A stretch of DNA of 64,000 nucleotides, taken from Iphione sp. A-MEVVRFRX5. Lineage: Eukaryota. Each line of letters starts with the position of its first letter. The stretch's first letter is position 1. The DNA lies in contig OZ320315.1 of NCBI GenBank assembly GCA_976226885.1, positions 47,926,001-47,990,000 on the forward strand, in the 5' to 3' direction. Made by a program: the position numbers and the translations under genes. Shown piece after piece: positions 37,831 through 49,400 of this stretch. Under the pieces are notes generated by a model that saw nothing but the letters and a program-made list of their open reading frames with translations, was not told the DNA's origin and searched no databases.

Positions 37831-38879
37831 TAGGCATTTTGCCGGTCGAGACATCAAGCTGAATAAAACACTTACAAGGTGCTAGTATCTAATTTTCTGT
37901 GGTGATGGTAAATAATGAAGAGGAGCAAGATTTTCTGAATAGCGTATTTCAAATGATCATGTGAGCTGGTGAGGACTAACGTGATTAATTATAGATCCCT
38001 GTGCATTTAGTTCTGGCAAAAAATAAACTTGCTAGTGCACAAACTTTGCTACATACAACTGAAATTAAGAACCATCATTCGGCCATGTTAATTCATTTAA
38101 TTGGATCTTAAAAACCCACAGACGGGATTGTACACGTTCAATAACTAGCAAGGGGGAAATAGAGATTAGCTTTCTGTTTGAAATATTCATTTACATGCTA
38201 ATGCCTACATACATGTATATATACATGTATATATTTATTTTTCATTTTGCGCTGTGGCAAGAATGACACGAATATACGACAAATCTACACGAATTAACTG
38301 AGTAGGCTTTTGAATGTATGATTTACACTTAATCCACGCCTTCGATTTAAAATGCCGAAGCGCCAGATATGATGAATAAGTGATCCGATATGCGTCTGTA
38401 TGGCTTCGGGCGACCTAAAAACGATTAGTAGTAACGAAGTGCCTACTGCCTCATTAAGACACTATTATCCCTCATCCGGATGTGCGTTCAACTTTAAAGA
38501 TTGCGGGACGCACAAATACAGCTGAAGCGCAATTAGTGCTTTTAGTTCGGACCGAGACTGCTGGAAACATATAAATGCATGAATTGTGTTAACCATTAAT
38601 TGCTGATGTTTTAGAATGTCCTCATTTATGAACCAAATCGAATAGTAGCGACTGTGCGTTGGAAAATTACATCGGCATTAATCAGCGTTTTTCTCTATGG
38701 TAAATGCTTAACAAATTCATTGAAGTGCGTACGTTCTTCCTTATTTAACAGTCGTCTCTGTTGAAGTGCTTTTTTGCGTATTCGGAATGATTTGATAGCC
38801 ATAATTCAATAGTCTCTTTTCATCACCTCCCTCAAACTAATTTCGTTATCTTTTTTTCTCAATTCTCGGCATTGCGTCA

Positions 38880-39530
38880 TTTTTAATAGAGCTGGCCAAG
38901 ACTTGTTTGTATTTAGTGACTCGAATACAGCATTACGGGACAAAATAATTTATGGGGTGACCAGCATCGAATTGGCATCAATCCAAGGAAGGATAGTCCG
39001 CGTCTCATCCTTTCAAAGCACGATCAGCTTTCAAATCCTTGGCATTCTCGACATAGTATAGCCTTCTTGTGGGGTACAAAACTATGTCATCTGTGATGAG
39101 AATTGTTCATTATCTTACGACGGCCACGGGTGATGTTGTTTCCAGATGCATACAAAGGGGTTCTTCATTGCTGAGCCTCCAGCCAGACATTTAAACACAC
39201 GGTCTCCGAATTGAATGGGTATTTTTTTATCAGTCGCTGATTCCATTCTCACTGCCTTATTCTCATCCAACTCGGGCAGAACATCCTTCAAATGGTTAAA
39301 AAGTCGCTCGAACTAAAATTTGCAAGAGTAAAAAAAAGACGTTGGTCGGAAAGCAGGTGCCTTTCTACCGGTGGTGTCGACTTTGAGGAGACGGTTCAGC
39401 TTCAGGTGGTTGTAATCCTCGTCTTAAAAGCTCAACGTCCTCCCAAGCAGCAGGTGCAAGACTCTGCCTCCATCTCAGGGCGTCCTGCCTGGCCCGGGAG
39501 TTTTTGATAGCTTAAACACATGCTGCAGGT
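38880..39530 (-). pseudogene. Unidentified decayed coding relic, antisense to the host gene
   Basis: Protein-like reading across a few stops and frameshifts (DGGRVLHLLLGRTLSF*DEDYNHLKLNRLLKVDTTG; FERLFNHLKDVLPELDENKAVRMESATDKKIPIQFGDRVFKCLAGG; TDDIVLYPTRRLYYVENAKDLKADRALKG), with an acceptor-like site TTTTTTTTACTCTTGCAAATTTTAG between segments. Family not recognised. Confidence 0.35.
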
Positions 39531-42225
39531 ATCAGTTAAAGTACTGAGCTATGCCAAGCACACTTCTTTTGCAGAGTTGCGACAAATTTATACTTGTCAC
39601 ACTTTTCCATTTACATACTAATGTGAAACATGAGGTTGTCACTTCTTGGCAATTGTTCCTTGTAGAAAAATGTATTATTGACTCGCGAGTTTCATCTCTA
39701 CTGACAATTCTAAGTATTATTAGAATTCTAATCTATCTACCTTCTGCTTTTTCAGGTGAGTTGTCACATATTTAAGGCGTATGGTTAAAACGTTTACAGA
39801 AACTGGTAGGTACGCTCTGCCCTTGATTATGTCCCTGTGTCTTCGCTTGTCGTAGAAGGTTGAACACTGTACTTCCCTGGTTTTTCCATTACTGATCACG
39901 ACTTATCTGAGAGTCCCCATGCAAAGTCTACTTAACCGAGGTCTAAAGCTTCGTGCTCCTCCAGAAAGGATCATTTATATTATTGTTTATTTGATATTTG
40001 TGGAAAAACTACACTGTTTTCTATTTGTTTAGCGAGCTCATAGGCTTGCGAGGAACATTATTCTTTTTTATTCAGTCGATCATATTACCCGTCCTTGTAA
40101 AATGCTTTCATGCCAGTACGATGTATGGGCAACATGAGTCCAGAAGCGTGGAGCGATTAAACACGCCATGGCCTTTTTTCTATAAAGAAATCAGTTCTGT
40201 TGCGTGCGGTTATATCATTCGATGACAGAGAAAGCATGTTGACTTAGCATTTTCGGTATGGATGGATTCCAATACATAGATCCCATAGCTCTTCGTCATT
40301 CAACGCTGATACGGTGTCACAAGCTGTCGTGTTTGTTTAAGTCGTCAGTACTTGCCTGTGCCTTGTTCTCAGTAAAGCACAAAGTAAGACATGTATGGCT
40401 CTTCACATCGAAACTGCCTACTTTATCATTCTTTGGTGATCTGTGCTTTGTTGCAGCCACAGTGAAAAGGTATACAGAAACCAGACAGCCATATATTTCC
40501 ATAAATGTATCGTACCTTCTGAGACACGGTATACATGTATACATGTATATATTTAGAGGGTCCACTTGACAGCCCGAGGTGCTAGAGATTTAATGCACTT
40601 TTTATCCGTTTCCGATCGATTATATCAGTCTGCTTTTCTCAGTGATGCATAAAAAGCACCTCAAAAATGCAATATCGAAATCTTGGGCGATCACGTGGTA
40701 ATCGATTGACCCCCCAGAAATTCGCACTATCAGACAATCGCCAGACTACTACTGTACATTTTAAATAATTAAAGAGTTTTAAAAGAATGCTTCCCATTAG
40801 ACAAAATGCAGTCGTGTTGTGTAGGGCTAGGTTTATAAAACTAGCCGCCATGGTAGTAGAAAACAGGCCAGACGGAATAATCCCGAGTCGTTTAATACAC
40901 TTTGGCTATGACGCTGAACACGCCTGATAACAATCTTTATCTCCATGTACTACTTAGTGCTAAGAGCAGGAAACTCCCGCACTCAGACATGAGTTCACCT
41001 ATATATCCCCTTCCGTATCATTGCCGGAAGATGGGGATTCCGTCTCACAAAGGATCTATCTCAGACAAAACTTATTCACTTGCGGGCAGTTAGAGGTGCG
41101 TGCCATGCTATTCAGGGAAGGGTGAAAAAATATCCATTTACCAGAAAGCTTTTATCTCCTTTTCACGAATAACTTCTAAAAGCGCCTATCTTACCAATGG
41201 AAGTATTACACGTATTGTGTAACCCATTCCAAGTATATTAATGCAATAAAAGCTTGTCAATTTCAGAACAAGTATGCCCATGTTAATGGTTAAACGTCAG
41301 ATGTGTATACATGTACATGTACGAAAATAGTATTAATTGTAAAAGTTAATTCAAAGCAATGATTGATTATCTAAGCGCACTTTTGAATATCTATTGACAG
41401 AGCACAGAGTCCATAGTGTACTGGTGTCTTTTTCTTGTGTCCTTCTTCTGTTCACAATCTGTTGTTGTTCTCTTTCTCATTTCTTTATGTCTTTCTCTTT
41501 GCCCTCGCTAGCTTACCTCGTTCGGAAGCAAGTTTGATCTTTTTCTTGTTCCTGTGACGCTGCTTATTTCCCTTCTATCTTTAATCACATCCTCTTCCTT
41601 TAATTAAAGAAAAAAGACCTTGCAAATACCCTGTAGTGAACTATTCTTTGAGACAATGTCTCAGTCCTTTGATTAAAAGAATATAAACGAGACGGAAGGA
41701 AAGTGCAGTGGAACACAAAGGCCAACATTTCACATATATAGTAATGTTGTTTCAAGCGAAATGACGATGGTTGTGCTATAGTTATGCATATTGAGATTCT
41801 CTGCTCATGAGTCAAATCTTTGAAATATCACTGGCTTATGTTGGTATTAAGAAAACACCTACGCTGACGACCGTTTCGGCGTAGGGAACGCCTATCCGGA
41901 GTGAAGACAGGCGCGGAGTATCCCTCTTTGAATTAATTGCTCGATCTTTTATTGTGTCTCCCGCATCTACAGCTTTGTCTGTCTTAAAGTGAGTCTATGG
42001 TTAACCCGTCAGTGTGTGGCATTACCGGCAGAATTAGCAACAACGGGTTTCCGTGTCCGCTGACTGTAAATCATAGTGAACACGTACGTTTTCCTATAAG
42101 AGCCACATCGACTTGTCTTGCCGTCGACATTAGCGACGCACCGATTCGTCACGAGGCTGGCATGCCTTGTTGATACTGCTTAGGCGAAAGAAGGAAGGGG
42201 GCAGACACACACGCCCGTACGCACA

Positions 42226-42226
<1 letters not shown>

Positions 42227-42262
<36 letters not shown>

Positions 42263-42267
42263 ACACA
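42227..42267. repeat. (CA)n microsatellite
   Basis: Direct read. Confidence 0.95.
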
Positions 42268-42950
42268 TTCACAGGGCCATTCACGCGGGGAGCAGGTAAA
42301 AGGTATTAAGTCGCGGCCGTCCTGAGAAACACCCAGTCACGCAGCCAGCGAGAGAGCGGCCTGCTGTAAGCGATAGTCTTAAGCTGCGGGAGCGACGGTT
42401 AATAGCGGCCCCACTTTGTCCCCGGTTGCAGGGGCCTTAAGTAGCCTCTCCATGGAGGGCGCCTCGCCTGTAGCACCCGACATGCGGTGGTGTCTGCCGC
42501 CGCTGTCGCTGGCATCGAGAGTTGGTGGCCGCCAGGCCCAGGACTGGGCCATCTCCAAACGGTGGGATGGAGAGCCTCAGGCGTCGCCATCGCTGGAGTC
42601 ACGTTTGATCGTGTACGGACAGCATGGCTGCTCAATAAATACGCTCAATAAAATGCTAAAGCAAATATGACCATAAAGATCCAGGCTCGGATTATGCGCG
42701 GCATATTTATTCTTAAAATAGTGATCGAATATGCAGCGGATAAGTAGGGAACTCTGGTAATGACCATGTAGTATTGATTCACACACTATCATGAATGAGT
42801 GCGGGTGTTTCTATGCACATGCATTTACATGCACGGATGTAATACGCAAGTGTATCATTATGAAAGCAGTGTGATTAATATTGCAGTTCTGCCAAAGTCC
42901 CGTGTGCTATCTAGCATATTGTATACGTGTTTCTTGTTTTATGAGTTGAG

Positions 42951-43008
42951 ATTTACAAACAGTGGTGAAGCCCACAGGTATTTACAAACAGTGGTGAAGC
43001 CCACAGGT
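42951..43008. repeat. Perfect 29-bp tandem duplication
   Basis: ATTTACAAACAGTGGTGAAGCCCACAGGT at 42951-42979 and 42980-43008. Confidence 0.97.
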
Positions 43009-45190
43009 CTTTCCATTTGTCTACCTATATGATCAATGGACACTACCCTTTTATTATGCATATACATGTATACTGTATATACATGTATACTGCTAGCGAA
43101 CCAGGTATGTTCGTGCGTCCACTATATGGTCGATCTACTTTCGGATTGTCTAGCAAAGGGCGAAGACGCAGAGCTGTGTCAGTTCACTGCTCTCGTTTTC
43201 TTGTTGCACCATGCGTCTCTGCTCATGCCTTATTCATGTCGCACCTAGGGCCAAATGTTGGCCGTCAGGGGCCAATGTTGGTCATGGTGGTGGTCGGATT
43301 AGAAAGGGATGAGGGACTAGGGGTGAAGACGGTAACTGAATGGAAGACAGGACACAAGGCAAGACGTGTTGAATGGGAACTACTATAGGGAAATGCAGAG
43401 CTCAGTGCGCGACTTGGCCGTAGATTCGATGAAATGCCATATGCTCAGAGCGATGGCCGAGAGGCATGCAAATAGATCACGTGGAGAGATTTCATTAAAT
43501 ATACAACTGTAGAAGAGAATTATCGGCTAAAGAGGTAAGCTAGAAAGCCTGCTACATTGGCGCTCGTCTGGCAATTACATACATAGTACTCACCTATATG
43601 AATTTCAAAAAGACGTACAAAAAAAACTGTTCAGCACAACGTAGGTTGAGGCTCCTAAAGAAAAACTAACCTCCTGAATCTGGACCCACCTCATTCACCT
43701 TTCATTTAAAGTAGTTTTTTTCTCTCTGCCCACACACCCACACACAGTCTTGAGAACTCAATTAGACCGCTGTAACTGGGACGATTCTTGCCAGCAGCAA
43801 GACCACAGCTCTAGATGGGTTAGAAGAGCGACAGACCGTCCACTTTGACTCATTAGATATTCCAATGGTTGCTCTCAGCCGGTCGACCCCGCGCCTTAAC
43901 GCTGCTGGGGGTAGATAGATAAGAGGCCAGGGACGGGAGGTACTCATCGGTCTAATCTAATGAGCAGGCATTCGTGAGGCCGGCAAATAAAATCATACAG
44001 AGTAGAGCCATTCTTTTCAAGCCCAGCACGGGAAAATGTGTCAAAACAGGAGTATCACGCTCGTACCTCTAGAGAAAAGACTTTCTTCAGAGCGAGGTAA
44101 ATGCCAAATTAGACATAGTTTGGAAATGGTATGGGTTAATGTTTCTGTCGTTAACATGAAATGAGGACGACCGATGTGAAATTTAAAGGGTAAATATTTT
44201 ACGCCCCTCGTCAGTGGTAATTTTTGATTGACACTATTCTTTTAAAAACATTTCGTTAAAATGCAGTGATCTCTGTATTTGCTATCATTGTTTTAATGCG
44301 TAAATATCATACTGTATCACTCTGTATAGTGAAGGATAAATCCCTCCACACTACTTGCTGCTGTCGTTCCTTTTGGGCTGGTCATTGAAGAAATGCCTAA
44401 TAAATTTTTATAACGTTACTAATATTCCAGTCAGAAAACTCCGAACTTTTAAGATGTCAATCAGTCCTGGATGAAAAAATTTTGCCTTTTTTCACGGTCC
44501 AAGCCTGTAAAACTAGATGTCCATGCAACGGTAATACTTCTTATTTGATTACTTTATCTCATCATTAGCCAATGCGATAATTTCAAACACAGACTGAAAT
44601 CTCATTGAACACGAGCTTGTGCCCTGTAATCCGATTTCTTCTAACAGTATTACTCTTTGGCATCCATGCCATTTTGTGTGCAGATGACGATATGGATGCG
44701 ATCAATATTATTTCTTTAATATTGCCCTTAAAAGTTGATCAGTCAAATATTAACCCGGTAAGCTGAGTTGCACAGTTTCAGATTGCAAACTCACGACTGC
44801 AAAGTGACGTTTTCCAAACCTTTCTCTGTTTTGCTAATAATTATTGAGACAGTAGATAAGATGAAAAGATAGAGTATCGGCAAGTAAATAAGGAAATGGT
44901 ATTCTACAGACTTTTCCTTCCATATCTAGAGCATGAGTGATACCACGCTCTCGCTGAATATACTCGATGACCCCAGGTTTTGTAAGTGTGCAATATGCAC
45001 TGTACTTAATGACACTAAGTAAGCAACCATGTCTTTACATAGTGTAGTAGGTGTGTGGTGCTGCACACGGCCCCAAAGATGTGATTTATCATGTGCCATA
45101 ACATATGTAGCCCTGGCCATGTTTGGTGCTGCACCTAGTACTATTGGGTTTTGTCGTGCAGCATATCATGTGCGACACAGTACAGTCAAT

Positions 45191-45590
45191 ACTCAAAAAC
45201 CGAACGATCGCCGTTTCAGGTTATTTTGTTCAGATTTCAGTTCATTCGGATTTCAAATTGTGGCCCAAGGCCACTTTTCAACATACTTGTCATATTCTTC
45301 AGTCAAACATTGGCAAAACTCAGCCAAACTTGTCTGAAAATTGGCAAAACTTAGTCAAATTCATCCAAAAATCGCCAAAATTTTGGCACAGTTATCCAAA
45401 AATCAGCAAAAAACAGCCAAATTCATCATAAAAACCAACCAAGTTTGTCCAGAAATCGGCAAAAATCAAAATCGGCCGAAAATTGTTCAGATTTCAGATT
45501 GAAATGTTTGGTTATATGAGTATTTTAACAGCGAGAAACAATTGGTGCCAGCCAGTTATGTTTGGATATGGGAAAATTCAGTTTTTGAGT
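45191..45590. mobile_element. MITE-like element with an internal low-complexity minisatellite
   Basis: Inverted repeat ACTCAAAAACCGAA (45191-45204) and TTCAGTTTTTGAGT (45577-45590), 13/14 match. TTGTTCAGATTTCAG occurs twice inside. The core at about 45300-45480 is made of degenerate CCAAAA/GGCAAAA units. Confidence 0.5.
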
Positions 45591-46344
45591 TTTGGGATTT
45601 GGAGTACCTTCTGTGCATGACTCTAGCTATGCGCAGTGCCATGCCTCATGATATAAGATGGCATGTAGTAAAAGATATACTCAATGACCCTATCCTTGCT
45701 AATTAATGCAGTGCCATGCGATCTAAGAGTTCAAAGTAATCTCCAGTGGAGAGGCTGAATCTGATTGGTGCAGTAGGAGGCTATTTACAGTTCCCAACTG
45801 CTACAAAGTAGCTGTTCTATTTTAAGATCTAGGTAGATAAATTGTCGCAGAGCTGATGCTATTTTTAGAACTACTAGGAGAGCAATGTAGCAACTTGCTT
45901 CCAAAGTTGGATACTTAGTTGCATTACTGAATGGGCCATTTGACCAGTGGTAGCCTATAAATAATGTGGCCAAAGTGGCAAGTAAAATCAGTTTGAACTT
46001 AGAGCTACTGTATGGAACTTGTTCCTTGGATACTTCACAGAGCTTAAACCACAGCATATTACATATAGCACTGGTGCATGTACATATTTTGTTAGGCTTT
46101 CACCTAGGTGATATCCACCCAAAGAGTTCCCAGTATTTTCGAAAGGACATACTTCGCAAGGTACAGAAGCAATGTAGCTCTGGCGAAGAGTGCATGTACA
46201 AGGTATAGACGAGGCCTGACGTCTACAAACAGGGAAGGATGAAGTGACCAGCAGTCAACACTGCTGATAAGACTCTTTTTACCGTACCCTAGTTGCTGTA
46301 CATCAAATAAAGGTCTGTGCAACAGAGCCCAGGCCGTCGGAACT

Positions 46345-46412
46345 CCCTGTGAGCTTCCATTGGTAACGCCCTCGAGGCTAAGCAGGAGGCTGTAGGGTTT
46401 CGATCCCGACGT
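46345..46412 (+). mobile_element. Possible degenerate tRNA-derived SINE head
   Basis: A-box-like GAGCTTCCATTGGTAACGC followed about 30 nt later by B-box-like GGGTTTCGATCCCG. No intact cloverleaf and no second copy seen. Confidence 0.25.
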
Positions 46413-49400
46413 CTAAATGAAGTTATTCTTAGTCGACTCACAGTCGGCCCGTCGCGACAATGACCATTAGAGGAGGCTACAGCGGCCACTGCTGTTGGTT
46501 CAAGGCCACATCACCACCGGCCGTGTGCGAAAATTGATCCCTTTGCAAAGGTTGAGTACTGGGCCTTCCGGACAGCGACTGCCCCCCCCCCCCCGCAGAT
46601 TGCGGCGGCTGCTGCGCTGGCGGCTTCCCGGGGACCTTTCATTGGGCCGCCGACGTTAGGGGTGCGGACGGACATCAGTCCGCCGTTGAGCCCTAAGTCC
46701 CCTGAGCTGGTTAGCATTCTCCTTCCCGACGGCGCCAGGAATTTGATCATCCCTTGGCGGTGACACACCCTGACCCAAACAATCCATAAGCCAGCACCTC
46801 CATGTATATTAAGTAGGGAGGAAATCAATGAGGAGGGTGGGGTGGGGGGAGCTGAGTGAGCTTCAGTCTCTCAGCGCCAGGCGAGTAGCTAGGGCACTGT
46901 GACCAGCCCCTCACCTTGAGTGGCTTAGATGACCCGTCTATTTCAAACCTTCTCATAACCATCGTATCGTTAGCACTCCTGCTAACGTCCTGCTCATCAC
47001 ACTCATCGTGATCGATTGAACTGCGACTATACCGTTCATTTCCATGAACAGATATCTTTCGAAGGAACAGACATTCTGCACAGCAAGCATTTTTCCCTCT
47101 TAGCGAATGTCATATTCATGAGAAGAGAAGAGAATATACTCGATTTCAGTATTTAACGCATTGGCCTAAGACTCGATATATATAGGACTGATATTTTGTA
47201 CCAAATCCTAAACGTCCGTCATCTTTACTACGAATGCGAACTACGTATCACAATTATTCGCAGACAGAAAAAATTCTCATATTTTGTCAATTTAACTGCT
47301 TATTGAATCCTGAGTTGTTTTACAGAAGCTTTTGGCACAACAAGCAATGAAAATATATATTTTTAGGTAATACACGAAGGAGGTTGAGCACTAGTCCTGG
47401 TATACCAAATACTCCTCCTTTGGCTAATATTAAAACATGTACATATACATGTACACATATCCTCCGGGGTGATCTTCGCAGTTTCAGTCGTATTTGAACT
47501 CTTCCAGGATGCTGGACGTTGTATGTGTGAATGACATCACTTTAAGTCGAACGCGAACACACTACCCGCTTCGAATATTTAATCGTTTTCTCTTTGCTGT
47601 ATCAAGCCTCATAAAATGACAATGGTTCGCCAAACAAAAACACATTAATACCAAAGGTGGATTTCAATAACAGCCGGTGTCAGTATGCTTGTTTTTATTT
47701 GAACAGCACGAATGTATCAATTTTCAATTCAGTTCTGATCGACACTGGGAGTTTCCTTTCGATCTATGGGTGGATACCCTGGAATTATCCTGTAGGTCCT
47801 TTTCACACAGAGACTGTTCTCTCATGGTCCAACATGCGTCATATTCGCTGATAGGATTTTGACGCTGTCATTTTCGCCCCGATGTGTTTTGTTGCTTGCT
47901 TCGGGACATACGTTCTATCTCAAATGGCACAAACTAGTGCCGTAAAATACAAACGTATGTGTAGTAACACATCAAGAAGCAATTAACATCAGAGAGCCTT
48001 GACAGAAAAAAAATCAAGAGATTAATAATTCATAACACATACTAAGAAAAATAGCTTTGTGTACTTTCGTAGGGATGCTACACAATAAACCATGATCTTC
48101 CTGCTTTATAGACAATATATTTCATGCTGGTCAGGGCACGTCATCAGAGGAACACCTCCCAAAATCCTGACCAAAATTTCGATAACAACGAATCACAAGG
48201 TACGCGGCTTTAAATGCTTACAGCAATTTATAAAATCCCAAAGCCCTACCATACTGTTTTGAAAGCTCCATTCACTTGCATCGCTTCAGGGCCTCCCGTC
48301 GTCATTGGCAAGGAAGGAAGCTGTTTTGTATAGGTGTTCTCCATCAAGCTCTCTGTCGTTACCTGTGCCATATTGGGTACATGAAGATCGCGTTGCCATG
48401 AAATGTCCCTAGGCTGGCAGACGGTTGTTGTTTCGGGGGGGGGGGGGGCTTTCGCGCAATGTGATACACATACATATGTACATGTATTTGATGCTCCTGC
48501 GCCTAAAATGCCTGTTGAAACGGTGAACTCTGATTAGGTTAATGCCTTTAATGTGTTTGGTATTCCACCACAAAAAGTTTAATACATGCATGTTAGTACA
48601 TGTCAAAATTTGCACTTAATTCCTTGCCACGTTAAAGTTCATATTGTAAATGTATTTACATAGTGTTGTTACGAGGTGAATGCCACTTAGGTACACGTAC
48701 TTGCCATAGAACAGCCTGCTTTGGTATTCATTCACATGTATGTTTTTTCCGTTTTAAAGATTAAAGCCAAATATAGCAAGATCAATGAATTGGAAGATAC
48801 TCACGTCAACTAGCCAATCAAATATGTACTAACAGATATTACTGCAACTTTAAAAGGTGCCCGACAAAAAAATGTCTAGCTGAGGGCCGGTTTCCGTACC
48901 TGCGGGGCCCTGCAGACTGCGGCACCATGCATTACCTGGCGTTGTCCATTTTCAAACACTGCCTGATAATTTCACGCATTCGTAGGGTTACGCACGAGGA
49001 GGATAGGGAAATCGGTACTTAGAATTTCTTAACCGTGCAAAGACAGTCCTTTGGAAACGTGCAAGATATATATTTTATAGTGAAAAGAATAATTAAGACA
49101 CTAACCTACTCACCATGGTGGTGCCTTCAGGCACTTTCCGGCCTCATAAATTGAACTATGAATGTTGCAATTTCGTTCTTACAAGACTAGACAAGTAAAG
49201 AAATATGTCTCCCCTCTGTGTAAGTCTGAGAAAGTAGCAGTGTAAAGATCTTTAGGCCCGAAAACCAAGTAATATCTGCCTTACCATAAATTTCTGCTGG
49301 GTTTAGAAACAGAACTCCTGTCGTATTATGGCATTTAACACACCAGCCAGCCGCCCTCTCCCTAAGAAGACCAGCAAACTTATATAATTATGTAGAATAA

